64,000 bases of DNA from positions 1,312,001 to 1,376,000 of the forward strand of contig CAWDFP010000006.1 of NCBI GenBank assembly GCA_963801605.1. The letters are read 5' to 3'. This stretch comes from an uncultured candidate division Zixibacteria bacterium. Its GTDB lineage: Bacteria; Zixibacteria; MSB-5A5; UBA10806. Shown piece by piece: positions 40,401 through 49,882 of the stretch; position 1 is the stretch's first letter; each line of letters starts with the position of its first letter. The position numbers and the translations under genes were made by a program. The notes under the pieces were generated by a model, which saw only the letters and a list, made by a program, of their open reading frames with translations, searched no databases and was not told where the DNA came from.

Positions 40401-40896
40401 TGTCTCGGTAGTAATCGGCCCGGTCGCAGAAAAGCTGTACATTTTGGATACTATCAAGCAATACCACTTGATGCAGGGCCGTAATTTTCCTGTCGCGTCG
40501 ATAGTAGGTCATGGTCTGAGCGCTAATGCGCCTGCCTTCTTCTAATACCAGAACCGAATCGACAAATTGGACCAAACCCGAGGCCCGATACCAGGTGGCG
40601 CGCTGGCTGTAGAGATCGGCTTTATCGTGCTTGAAATGAACGTTGCCGACGAGATTAACAATATCCCCGCCACCGCCGGAGCTTTCCAGTTTATCGGCAT
40701 GCACTAAAACCAGCGGCCCGGATTCTTCCTGGGCAATGGATAAACCCGGATAGAATAAAAGCAAAAAAGCGATCGCCGCCAAAAACAGGTATCGCCAATT
40801 CTTAATTTGTAGCGATAGATAAGCTCCCATCCAGTTAACATATACGGAACAACCGCGATTTTGGCAACGGAAAATCATTGACCTTTTTGATGGCAA
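37474..40896 (-). CDS. lptD: LPS assembly protein LptD with extended OstA-like N-terminus (start uncertain)
   Basis: YTSCD..PHY, GRHSGFL, RDLHCW motifs. Confidence 0.88.
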   Translation of the reverse strand: MPSKRSMIFRCQNRGCSVYVNWMGAYLSLQIKNWRYLFLAAIAFLLLFYPGLSIAQEESGPLVLVHADKLESSGGGGDIVNLVGNVHFKHDKADLYSQRATWYRASGLVQFVDSVLVLEEGRRISAQTMTYYRRDRKITALHQVVLLDSIQNVQLFCDRADYYRDSKQLDASGFPKLVLNPSDDTSRMVIDALKMTYFGTDAHGTAYDSVQIVKRDMVAHAGQADFYRNPERAVLIKKPVIVNGQNQLSGDTISIFTDNRRLNKLMVRGDAKAIYKALPDTAIKEYTTAEIAGRELEAFFANDKIQQMITRYNATSRYSPAITDTVVHGTNVASGDSITLFFENSAIKRVFIAGGAQGEFIEPKFGNDGKGYFDTTKYSADEIDYSFDKNQIDLNRNGSMHYHDMALTSGMISYDTKTRILIAEGLGTDTTGGENQAPVLKQGTEELVGEKMSYNIDTRKGQVRMARTKYEGGFYSGQALRQVSQDVLLVSQGNYTSCDKEPDPHYHFHSNRMKMINKNKVIAKPVFLYIGDLPVFAVPFYVFPIRKGRHSGFLPFELGNLQSGNRFIRNLGYYWAASDYYDLQGSLDFTENTSTIINGRLQYALRYKLAGTVSVNYSREGSWDLTRFVQNKRNRWMFSFSHNQTINQTTSLGGSGTFISDKNYINQNVYDPVARLNRTVSSDFSFNKSWPKQSISMVIEARQDWNLDTDEKTELLPSFSISRSRLPLFGDPSKAKRKTRVRPDEQIEEPKKRFYHSIYFDIRSSGQNLRQRFRNPDSTFYRKDYQTINTSSSLSSPLKLIGFLTVTPGISGTHSLVRLSASPLADSLGLATGKFVERMLYSLSVGANTSIYGTVYPNRFGLLGIRHVMTPAVSYSFTPSIRKNQSYFRYVGGGSGSTRSKSLGYSLTNLFQAKYKAGEAEKKIDLFNLSFSGSYNFAVDSLQFSPLITSLRTSAIPNLDISFNSVHSFYDLNSAHRRPLLQPRLTSLSISTSIKGGYHPGSGGKKGDDEKDISQKATFGAKATGPSEPTSLGIDFVLSHNYSESRGAGNTQKTQWINLGTQIQPTLGWRIEYDCRYNMVNKRIESQSFNIGRDLHCWQFTFTWIPTGAVAGYYARISIKTLPDIKLESSRGGLRGPYNY

Positions 40897-40940
40897 CGTG
40901 GATTGCCGTTTCCTTATCAGCCGTATTGATCAAATGAAAA

Positions 40941-40964
40941 CCGGGATTTCTTTGGAAATCCCGG
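40941..40964 (-). terminator. Intrinsic terminator
   Basis: CCGGGATTTC-N4-GAAATCCCGG, TTTT on the minus strand. Confidence 0.7.
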
Positions 40965-40995
40965 CGAATATTAAATCTATTTGCCGCAACAGACC

Positions 40996-43761
40996 CTATT
41001 TAAGCATCGTCATTTTTTTAGAAATCCGGTAATCTCCGCAAGTCAGACGGTAGTAATACATTCCTGACGATGCCCCAAGTCCCGAATCGGTTTTGCCGTC
41101 CCAAACCGCAGAGTGATAACCCGGCTCAAGATAGGAATCGACCAGACTCCTGATTTTCTGGCCAAGGTTGTTGTAAATTTCGAGGTTCACATTGCCGGCG
41201 TTCGGCAAGGCGAAATCGATCCTGGTAGTCGGATTGAAGGGATTGGGATAATTTTGCCCCAGAGCTATTTCGCGCGGCAAACCGGAAACATAATCGGCTC
41301 CGATACCCTGGCCGCCCTCGACCAAAGTCATCCGGATCATCCAATCACTGAGAGTCCAGTGGCTCCAGCCGTCGGGATTGTTGTCTGAGTACCACCACGA
41401 CTGTCTTTCGACGGGAGGCATAGTATCCGAACCGACATAAGGCCCGCCATCGGTTACATCCGCCCAGTGCAGCACTACCCAGAGCGGCTGATATTCGGTA
41501 TTGACATTAACGTCATAACTGGCCCACTCGCCCGGTCCGGGAAGAACCGGATTTTCGATTCTAAATAGATATGATGTCGTGTCCGGAAGAGCATCCATTT
41601 CGGGGTTTATGTCGACGTAGTCGAAGTAACCTGAGAATGCTATCGGCGCTAAATAGAAACGAACATTCGTAATCGTAAAGGGCAGCGTTATGTTGGGATC
41701 AAATCGCGTGGCGAACTTGCGGTTTGTCGAATTTGGATAGGCATCCACCCAGATTGACATATCCGAACTGTTATCATCGTAGATCATCTCATTGGTAACG
41801 CGGAATTCCTTCGAAATGGTATTGTTGTCCGGAGTGTAATCATCGGCTAACGGGACTGAAAACTGGATCCTGTATGTTCCCACTATTGACGGTACCCAGC
41901 CGTCGAAATTCATCCGCTCGCTGGCATACGGCGCCAGGTCGTATATCGTATTGATTGTCGAATAAACTTCAGCATCGAGAGAATCGAAGATTGAAACCAG
42001 GACATCGGCGGTTTCTGTATATGATCCAAAGTTCTTAATTGTTGCGATTGGTATTGTCGGCCAGTTGACAGTAACTTCATCAAAAGGTGAGGCTATTGAG
42101 ACTGCCTGCAGATCATGCCAGCTTCTCGATACCAGCGCCAGCGTGTTATTCGAGGTATCCTCATCGCCGACCATTTCCGCCGCGAACGAGATGCGATATC
42201 GTCCATCAGATGGCAGCGTCACGTTGGGGCTGAAAAACACCTGAGTCGCCACAAATGATGTTAGGTCAGTCACGTTGGATGATGATGTATACAGCACCTG
42301 ATTGCTATCGAGTTTGGTAATGGTGCAGGTAACTGTGAAACTTTCGGTAGCAGTCCCGACATTCATAAATGTGGCGGTGGGGGTAAAGCTTACTCCGGGC
42401 GTGATAAACTCCGAAGGATCGTCAATAGATGAAACAGCCACATCATGAGTCAATGGATCGCGAAGCTGGATAGAGTAGAGCATCCCGCCGCTGCCCCACT
42501 CGCGGGCGTTTACCGCCTTACCGCCTGCAGTCGCGTAATGACCAGAATCGCTGATAGCCACGCCAAATATCGAGCCGGGTTCATCGATATCATCGAGAAG
42601 CTGGAAGATTGGTACGTTGCTCTCTCGAATAAAACAGGTGACAACATCGCCGTAAGTTGCGCCATATTTGCCATAACTGCCCGCTATGGCATATTCGCCT
42701 GTGGCCGAAAGCGCCACCGATGGCACCATATCACCATACTCTGCATAATCTATCAGCACGCCGCCGGTTTCGGCATCCCACATCATGAATTTGCCGCCGA
42801 CAATTTGCCCGCCGTCAAAATCCATTGTGCCGCAGGCTACAGTTGAGCCGTCGTTGGATACGTCCACCGCGGTTACCCAATCATGCTGAGTGGCTCTTAT
42901 CCATCTGGTACTATACTCAGCGCCGTTCCAGGCATAGAGATATACAACGCCCGTAAACGTTCCGATAGTTACAAGGGAACCGTCGGAGGATGTCTTGGCA
43001 ATATTTTGTGAATAGTTATAAAGCGTGGTCCGTTGTGTGCCGTTGGGAATCTCGTAAACATAAATAGCGGAATAACATGAGACTACTGCCACCGAACCAT
43101 CATCCGATAAATCGATTCCGTTAAGCCCTTGAGCCAGATCAAAAGTACGCGTCAGAATCGTATCGCCGGTGGCGACCTCGCACGCTACCAGGACTCCATC
43201 GCTGCCGGTTCCTGCAAACGCATACACAACTACACTGCCATCTCCCGAAATGGCCGTGCCGCTTCCATTGAATGTTGGATCAACTGAAATCTGATGTGTG
43301 GGAAGCGGTGAATCTTTATCCCACATGAAGCCCGGCATACCAGAGCCTGTCCCCGAAAAATTAATATTGGATGCGGCTACGGGCATATTCCAGGGGGTTC
43401 GTTCGTAATAACGCCAGACTGGAGTTTCAAGCCCGGCCGAGGCGTAGGCCGCAAAACGCATGTGATTCAGCCACCATCCGGCGAATATACCGGAGCCATC
43501 CGGTGTTGTTGCCACATTCTGAGCAATCGCGTCCTCATGATTGCGATCCACCCACATGACCTCAGACATAAGATGAGGATTCCTGTAGGGACGTCGTTCC
43601 TGCGATAATATTCTCGATGGTCCTTCTCCGGGGGTGACCGTCCTCATGACCTGCTTTCCATCCATTGTGGAAAACTCGTTGGATTGCCCCAACGGATTGG
43701 TCGCAGCCAATATCGAGATAGGCATAAGAACGATTAATAAAACTGATAGCATTTTAGACAT
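40996..43761 (-). CDS. Secreted beta-propeller + CARDB-like protein with FlgD/YPNPFN C-terminal domain
   Basis: S.DG repeats, N.G..D....NN Ig repeats, QNYPNPFNP...WDG..SSGMYYY. Confidence 0.85.
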   Translation of the reverse strand: MSKMLSVLLIVLMPISILAATNPLGQSNEFSTMDGKQVMRTVTPGEGPSRILSQERRPYRNPHLMSEVMWVDRNHEDAIAQNVATTPDGSGIFAGWWLNHMRFAAYASAGLETPVWRYYERTPWNMPVAASNINFSGTGSGMPGFMWDKDSPLPTHQISVDPTFNGSGTAISGDGSVVVYAFAGTGSDGVLVACEVATGDTILTRTFDLAQGLNGIDLSDDGSVAVVSCYSAIYVYEIPNGTQRTTLYNYSQNIAKTSSDGSLVTIGTFTGVVYLYAWNGAEYSTRWIRATQHDWVTAVDVSNDGSTVACGTMDFDGGQIVGGKFMMWDAETGGVLIDYAEYGDMVPSVALSATGEYAIAGSYGKYGATYGDVVTCFIRESNVPIFQLLDDIDEPGSIFGVAISDSGHYATAGGKAVNAREWGSGGMLYSIQLRDPLTHDVAVSSIDDPSEFITPGVSFTPTATFMNVGTATESFTVTCTITKLDSNQVLYTSSSNVTDLTSFVATQVFFSPNVTLPSDGRYRISFAAEMVGDEDTSNNTLALVSRSWHDLQAVSIASPFDEVTVNWPTIPIATIKNFGSYTETADVLVSIFDSLDAEVYSTINTIYDLAPYASERMNFDGWVPSIVGTYRIQFSVPLADDYTPDNNTISKEFRVTNEMIYDDNSSDMSIWVDAYPNSTNRKFATRFDPNITLPFTITNVRFYLAPIAFSGYFDYVDINPEMDALPDTTSYLFRIENPVLPGPGEWASYDVNVNTEYQPLWVVLHWADVTDGGPYVGSDTMPPVERQSWWYSDNNPDGWSHWTLSDWMIRMTLVEGGQGIGADYVSGLPREIALGQNYPNPFNPTTRIDFALPNAGNVNLEIYNNLGQKIRSLVDSYLEPGYHSAVWDGKTDSGLGASSGMYYYRLTCGDYRISKKMTMLK

Positions 43762-44018
43762 TTATCCTCCTCAATTTTAATAATTTTCGTTATCAATATA
43801 TTCGGGAGATTTAATTCGAAGCAGAATCGTATTATTTCCCTTGGATGAAACGCGTTATAATAACTCGGCGTCAGGTTTGCCGGGCCGTAATCATCTAAAT
43901 ATTAAATATAGGGGTGATTTTCCGAATTACAATTAAATTATAATTTCAGTAACAAATTCCAATAATGCCAAAAACATTATTTTCGGCTAACAGGCATCTA
44001 CTTAATAGCCCCTTTGCC

Positions 44019-45269
44019 TTAGTTTGGAAGATTCCTTCCGGGATCGGATATTAATTGAACCCGAGCCAGGTCTCCGGCGTTCAGAAAATTAATATCCTGC
44101 GGTATTACTATAAAAGCGTTGGCCGAATAAAACGGCATCACCGATTGAGTGGTCCTTGAACCCGATGGTACTACCAGGAAACCATCATCCGTAACCTTTA
44201 CCTCGGCGCGAACAAAATGGGTCATACCTCCGCCGCCTTTGACATCCTTTTCGAGTCTGGCCACGACCTCCATTCGGCGAATGTCTCGTCTGCCCTGCAT
44301 TTTTAGTATTGCCGGCCGTATAAATTCCTCTAAGATTACCATCGATGACAGGCAGTTACCCGGTAAGCCAAAAACAGGGATACTGTTATAGGTGCCAAAT
44401 ATTAACGGTTTACCCGGTCTGATGGCTACTCTCCAAAACTTCAGGTCCATTCCCACGCGCTGCAATATACCCTTAACGAAATCGAAATCTTCCATCGATG
44501 AGCCGACGCAGCTGATAAACATATCGCTGCAAACGGCCTTTTCAATGCTGGCTTTGACCTCGTCGGAATTGGTGCTCACTATACCGAGATTAACGGGCAC
44601 GGCGCCATATTCAGTTAGCTGGGTTTCGAGAATGGCGGTATTGCCGGCGCGAATTTTACCGTCCTGCAGCGGCTGGTCGGGAGGAATCAGATCGTTTCCC
44701 GAGGCGAAAAATGAAACCCGCGGTTTGCGGTAACAAAGTACATCCTGGTTGCCGATTGCAGCTAAGACACCGATATCAGCGCCGTTTAAGACTCTTCCTT
44801 TAGCCAGAACGGGATCGCCCGCATTGATATCGCTTCCCTTTATATAGATATTCTCGCCCGGTTTTTCACCCTTGTAGATCTTAACTTTTGTGGCGGTTTC
44901 GCGGACTGTGTTCTCGGAAAGGACAATAGTGTCTGCTCCTTCAGGCAGTGGGGCGCCGCTGGCAATTCTTAGGGCATGCCCCATTTGCATGATCTCTTTC
45001 CAGGGGCAGCCAACCTTCACCTCACCATCGAGTTTGAGAGTCACCGGGTTGCTCTGCGACGCTTTGTTTACATCATCATTTCGGACAGCATATCCATCGA
45101 CCATGGCCATATCGAAAGATGGAATATCGTCATTTGAGATGATATCCTCGGCCAGGGCCATATGCTGTGCTGCTAAAATCGGAATCCGAGCAGTATCGAG
45201 AACGGGGGTGTTTTCAAGAACAATCTGCAGTGCCTTTTCAACTGAAATCATAAGAACCTTCCCCTCCAT
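44019..45269 (-). CDS. moeA: Molybdopterin molybdotransferase (start uncertain)
   Basis: DGYAV, GAPLPEGAD, RPGKP, GLPGN. Confidence 0.92.
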   Translation of the reverse strand: MEGKVLMISVEKALQIVLENTPVLDTARIPILAAQHMALAEDIISNDDIPSFDMAMVDGYAVRNDDVNKASQSNPVTLKLDGEVKVGCPWKEIMQMGHALRIASGAPLPEGADTIVLSENTVRETATKVKIYKGEKPGENIYIKGSDINAGDPVLAKGRVLNGADIGVLAAIGNQDVLCYRKPRVSFFASGNDLIPPDQPLQDGKIRAGNTAILETQLTEYGAVPVNLGIVSTNSDEVKASIEKAVCSDMFISCVGSSMEDFDFVKGILQRVGMDLKFWRVAIRPGKPLIFGTYNSIPVFGLPGNCLSSMVILEEFIRPAILKMQGRRDIRRMEVVARLEKDVKGGGGMTHFVRAEVKVTDDGFLVVPSGSRTTQSVMPFYSANAFIVIPQDINFLNAGDLARVQLISDPGRNLPN

Positions 45270-45544
45270 TTGAAGGTAATCCGTGACTCGTAGTCGGCGA
45301 ACAGAATTAAACTGCACCAACCAAGAAGAAAACTGCTGTCTTGTAATACTGAAAAGGGGCTTTTATTACTTAAAATTTCAAAGCGGGCATCCCCTCCCAC
45401 AAGTTGAAATATAAGGAGTTAGGCTAAAATTTGTCAAGCAATAATCGCATTGGGGGCCCGTATTTTCTACTTGTATTTTAGCAGAAACAACTCTGTTTCG
45501 AGGCTGTCAAAGGATATTATATTTCAAAATAACCAAAATAAAAA

Positions 45545-45574
45545 GCGCCGACCCTATTTTTTTAGGATCGGCGC
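45545..45574 (-). terminator. Intrinsic terminator
   Basis: GCGCCGA...TCGGCGC stem with TTTTTATTTT on the minus strand. Confidence 0.7.
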
Positions 45575-45591
45575 CTTGGTTTTTAAGGAAA

Positions 45592-47325
45592 TTAATCTAC
45601 TTTCTTAGTGGTTCCTTCAAGAATACCACTATAATCCTTAGGCGATGTCAGGATGCTAACAGCTCTTAATACATAGGGGTCGGTCTTTAATACGACCTGC
45701 TGGTAGACTTCGCTTTCATTGTATTTGTGAGTCAGGATATCACGCTTAAGAGAGCGCTTGATATAATCGGTCGCCTGCGTAAATTCGGTTTCCTTATCCT
45801 TTTCAATTACAGCCCTGAGACGATCGATCTCAGTTGTAAATTGGGGATCGTTATTTTCTGTTTCCTTGGCGGTTTTCTCAAGAGCTTCAAGCTGAGTTTC
45901 CATCTGATTTTTGTAAGTGAACTTCTTCTCCTTGAGAAAATCGCGGAAATCTTGAACCATGACGTCAGTTACTTCGAAATCCGGCTTGATATCGGAATGG
46001 CTATTGGAATAACGGATGGCGTAATCGAGGAACATCGAAAGCCGTTCGAGATTGAGTTCGATTGGAGTAAGTTTCTCAGGTTCAACTGTAACATCCGGAG
46101 TTATGCCTCCGCCGCCATAAACGATTCTGCCGCCCTTGGTATGGAACAGTTCAAGCTTGGTGGAATCTACCTTCGCGGAATCTGATAATGCGTCCGTCGT
46201 GTCAGCATCGGTCAGGTCCTCAGGGTGACGGGTATTTCGGCTGCTTTTCTGAATGCAGCGGCCCGATGGTACATACCATTTAGCGGTAGTCAGTTTGAGA
46301 GCGGTACCCTCGGAAAGGGTGTAAACCTGCTGAACCAAACCTTTTCCGAAAGTTGTATTGCCTATAATCACGCCTCGGTCGTTGTCCTGGATAGCGCCTG
46401 CCACAATTTCAGAGGCCGATGCTGTCATATCGTTAACCAACACCGCCAGAGGGACTTTGGGCAGCATCGGGTCGCGGGTGGCATAATGTTCATTGTTTTG
46501 ATCGGGAGTTCTGCCCTTGGTGTACACCACTTCGGTTCCCTTGGGCAGATAGTAGTTGGCCACCATCACCGCCTGGCTTAGAAGACCGCCGCCGTTAGAG
46601 CGAAGATCGAATATTAAGCCGTCGATATTCTGTTTCGACATGTCCGCAACCGCCGATTCAATTTCGGTATCGGCATCCTCACCGAAACGCGACAGCCTGA
46701 TATATCCGATCTTCTTGCCGTTCTGGTCAATTACGCCGGTGAACGGAACTGTCTTGATAGTGATTACGGCCCTCTCCATGGTGTAGTCGAGAGGCTCGGG
46801 AACGCCCTCCCGCTGTATGCCCAATGAAACCTTGGTGCCGGCATCACCGCGCATTAGTTTCGAGGCTGCCTGGGTGCTCATATTCTTTGTGGATTGATCG
46901 TCTATTTTGATAATACGATCGCCGGAACGAATCCCCATCCGGTAGGCCGGAGTACCCTCCATGGTGGACATAACCGTTACCCAGCTATCTTTCAGGAATA
47001 TCGTCATGCCCAATCCGGAATATTTCCCGGATGTCATTTCCATGAGGTTGTCATAATCCGTTTTTTCCAGAAATTCGGAAAAAGGATCAAGTTTATCGAG
47101 CATCCCTCGAATGCCCGAATAGACTAAATCCTGTACATTAATTTCATCCACATAACGGGCGTTAATTCTGAATGCTATTTCGGATGATAACTTTACCAGG
47201 GAATAAATAGAATCGTTGGGATTCTGAGCAATCGCGTAAGCGAAAAACACTACCACCGCCAGAACCACGGTAGCAACTATCCCCATTTTATACTTTGATT
47301 TCACGGCACCTCCATTATTTTTCAT
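45592..47325 (-). CDS. ctpA: C-terminal processing peptidase, S41 family
   Basis: PDZ domain, DLRSNGGG, TASASEI, TFGKG. Confidence 0.93.
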   Translation of the reverse strand: MKNNGGAVKSKYKMGIVATVVLAVVVFFAYAIAQNPNDSIYSLVKLSSEIAFRINARYVDEINVQDLVYSGIRGMLDKLDPFSEFLEKTDYDNLMEMTSGKYSGLGMTIFLKDSWVTVMSTMEGTPAYRMGIRSGDRIIKIDDQSTKNMSTQAASKLMRGDAGTKVSLGIQREGVPEPLDYTMERAVITIKTVPFTGVIDQNGKKIGYIRLSRFGEDADTEIESAVADMSKQNIDGLIFDLRSNGGGLLSQAVMVANYYLPKGTEVVYTKGRTPDQNNEHYATRDPMLPKVPLAVLVNDMTASASEIVAGAIQDNDRGVIIGNTTFGKGLVQQVYTLSEGTALKLTTAKWYVPSGRCIQKSSRNTRHPEDLTDADTTDALSDSAKVDSTKLELFHTKGGRIVYGGGGITPDVTVEPEKLTPIELNLERLSMFLDYAIRYSNSHSDIKPDFEVTDVMVQDFRDFLKEKKFTYKNQMETQLEALEKTAKETENNDPQFTTEIDRLRAVIEKDKETEFTQATDYIKRSLKRDILTHKYNESEVYQQVVLKTDPYVLRAVSILTSPKDYSGILEGTTKKVD

Positions 47326-47644
47326 CTATAACAATATATCGACAAAAGCGGTTTCATTCTTTTCATAAACATATTCTGCGGAATCGGCTGAAGCATTCAA
47401 ACATACATAAGTATAAGTCTTCCGGCGGACAAATGTTCCCTAATTATTGATCTCATAAACTCTTAGGTATCGTAACGGATCTTCGGCCTTATAATCCGGT
47501 CTCGATTACTGCTCAACGGAATAATATGCAACCTCGTTGCATTTGGCAAGGCTTTTGGAATTGATCCCGCCGCCGCTGATTGGGTCGATACTGATAATGC
47601 CTGCTTTTTTACTCAAAGAATCGCTGGCATTCAGTGATTTCTGT

Positions 47645-48439
47645 TTATAGCCGCTCGACAAATTTCGCTACCAATTCAATTACCTCGCCGCTTTTTTCGC
47701 GATGAGGAATATGTCCACAATCTGGCAAAATAGCTTGTTGGGAGGGGCCGCCGGCGAATTTGCATATCATCTCCGGATGCTTCAGCGTTCCGTATTCGTC
47801 TCGATCGCCGTGAATCACCAGAAGCGGGCATCTCACGTCAGGTAATACTGCTTTCAGATTCCATGATGCAAATTCCGACGCTAACCAGGTCTCGGTCCAG
47901 GCATCGAAAACCCATTTTGCTTTCTCACCATGATACTTCTGCAGCCGCTTGAGTTGGCTGTTATCTTGATTGTGCTTCTTTGCCTCGGATATCGCCAGCA
48001 AGGTTTTTTCCTCAATAAAAGCCTGCGCCGATTCGGCGATTACTGCCTTGCATTCGGAACGAAATTTGGCGGCGGCGGTGATTGCCATCGCTCCACCCAC
48101 ACTATGGCCAAAAAGTATAAATTCCCTAATTTGAAATTGACCTGCTATGGCGGGAAGGCATATTTCCGATTCTTCGCTGATAAATTTTAATGGCAACGAT
48201 CCCGAACGCGGATCGGATTTGCCAAACCCCGGCCGATCATAGGCAATTACGTTACAGCCAGACTGTTCGCATAACCTTGCGGGAAATTCGCGCCAGAGTT
48301 CAACACATCCCAGGGAATCATGAATTAAAATAATCGGCGCCTTTTTGGTGGTAGGCGACAATATCCATTCCCTGGCAAATATTTTGCCCAATTGCGATGC
48401 GATAAAGTAATCGCTGATTTTAATCGCAACCGACGACAT
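47645..48439 (-). CDS. Alpha/beta hydrolase
   Basis: GHSVGG nucleophile, HGDRDEY, CGHIPH. Confidence 0.92.
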   Translation of the reverse strand: MSSVAIKISDYFIASQLGKIFAREWILSPTTKKAPIILIHDSLGCVELWREFPARLCEQSGCNVIAYDRPGFGKSDPRSGSLPLKFISEESEICLPAIAGQFQIREFILFGHSVGGAMAITAAAKFRSECKAVIAESAQAFIEEKTLLAISEAKKHNQDNSQLKRLQKYHGEKAKWVFDAWTETWLASEFASWNLKAVLPDVRCPLLVIHGDRDEYGTLKHPEMICKFAGGPSQQAILPDCGHIPHREKSGEVIELVAKFVERL

Positions 48440-48497
48440 TAATCCGTTTTATCTTCTATAAAAGTAATTTTATCAATAGCTATTAAATTAGTAGTGA

Positions 48498-49157
48498 TTA
48501 ATCGGTTACAACTCGGGCTGTGTTTTTGAAATGTATCTTGGCAACTTTGCCAAGCTCATTCCTCCCCAAACGCGCAACGAAATTCCTGCCGGCCTCATCA
48601 ACCGGCGTGCCCGCGCCTTTAGGAAGCCTGACACCATATTCATTTGATAAACCCTCAAGCCGCCTTAAAAACTCGGCTCTTGCTAATATTGACGCTGCCG
48701 CAACCGCCGGGACCACTTCGGCTTTGGTCATTTGAGTCAAATTAATTCCGCGGCCCTTTTTAAGAAGCGCGTTTTCTATCAGGCTCTTATCTCCAAATTG
48801 ATCGGAGATAACCTCTGTAGGATTGACCCTTACCAGAAGATTCTCCAGCGCGCGGGCATGTCCCCAGGCCAGCATTTTATTCAGATTTCGAATTTTCGAA
48901 TGTAATTCGTTATATTTTTCGGGTCCGATGGTTACGATTTCGCAGGGGGCAATTTTTCGGATTTCACGATCCAGCGCGAGGGCGCGGCTGTCGCTGACCT
49001 TTTTGCTTTCGCGAAGGCCTATAGCTAAAAATGCTTGTTCGATTTTTTCATCGGTGTAACAGGCGCCGATAACCAGCGGGCCGAAATAATCGCCTTTGCC
49101 GGCTTCGTCAACTCCGATTATGCCAACCGGCTGGCCTATGAGAAGATCGCCCTGCAA
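48498..49157 (-). CDS. rnhC: Ribonuclease HIII catalytic domain
   Basis: GVDEAGKGDYFGPL, DQF, VAAASILAR, LPKGAG, KVAKIHF. Confidence 0.9.
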   Translation of the reverse strand: MQGDLLIGQPVGIIGVDEAGKGDYFGPLVIGACYTDEKIEQAFLAIGLRESKKVSDSRALALDREIRKIAPCEIVTIGPEKYNELHSKIRNLNKMLAWGHARALENLLVRVNPTEVISDQFGDKSLIENALLKKGRGINLTQMTKAEVVPAVAAASILARAEFLRRLEGLSNEYGVRLPKGAGTPVDEAGRNFVARLGRNELGKVAKIHFKNTARVVTD

Positions 49158-49162
49158 GAGGC

Positions 49163-49723
49163 TTAGTTCACTCGTTCCAGATACTTGCCGTCCGAGGTAT
49201 CAATCTTAATTAGGTCGCCTTCCTTGATGAAAAGCGGCGCCCGGACGGTTAAGCCGGTTTCAACTACAACGCTTTTGGTCAAATTGGATACTGAATCGCC
49301 TTTGACGGCCGGTTCAGCTTCCATTACTTTCAAGGTTACCGCTGACGGCATATCGATGGCAATCGGGTTGCCCTCGAAAAACATGATTTTATATTCTACG
49401 TTTTCCTGCAAATAGGATTTGGAATCGCCGACCTGCTCGACATTTAATATTGCCTGGTCATAAGTTTTTGAATCCATGAAATTGAACGCCTCGCCATCAT
49501 TATATAAATACTGCATCATACGCTCTGTAAATTCCGGCTCCTGGAAAGTTTCGCCGGCCGAAAAGGTACGCTCTAAGACTCGTCCTGTTTTGAGGTTCTT
49601 AAGCTTGGTCCAGACATTGGCCCGTCTTTGAGCGGTTCTGGCGTGCTGAAAATCGACAATAATATACAGGTCGCCATCCAATCCCAATTTCATACCTTTT
49701 CTAAAATCGCTTGTACTGAGCAT
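49163..49723 (-). CDS. efp: Elongation factor P family protein with non-canonical loop
   Basis: DFRKGM, MQYLY, FMD..TYDQ, P.VKGD..ETG..PLFI..G..IKIDT..G.YLER; ATG 49723 after GGAGG. Confidence 0.9.
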   Translation of the reverse strand: MLSTSDFRKGMKLGLDGDLYIIVDFQHARTAQRRANVWTKLKNLKTGRVLERTFSAGETFQEPEFTERMMQYLYNDGEAFNFMDSKTYDQAILNVEQVGDSKSYLQENVEYKIMFFEGNPIAIDMPSAVTLKVMEAEPAVKGDSVSNLTKSVVVETGLTVRAPLFIKEGDLIKIDTSDGKYLERVN

Positions 49724-49882
49724 TATTCCTCCGTCACATAAAATCCTCGAAATTAAAACATCATTCAATATAAAGCCTCTAATATTGTTAAGCAAGGAGA
49801 GATTAGCCGCTGAACCGCGGCGTTGGGAGGTAATGGGGTGTCACAATTTATTATGACATCAATTTATTGTTTCGGATTTTAC

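Noticed and set aside
43848..43856. AAACGCGTT as a third copy of the 50-bp element
   Set aside because: Only the short palindromic core matches; the flanks do not
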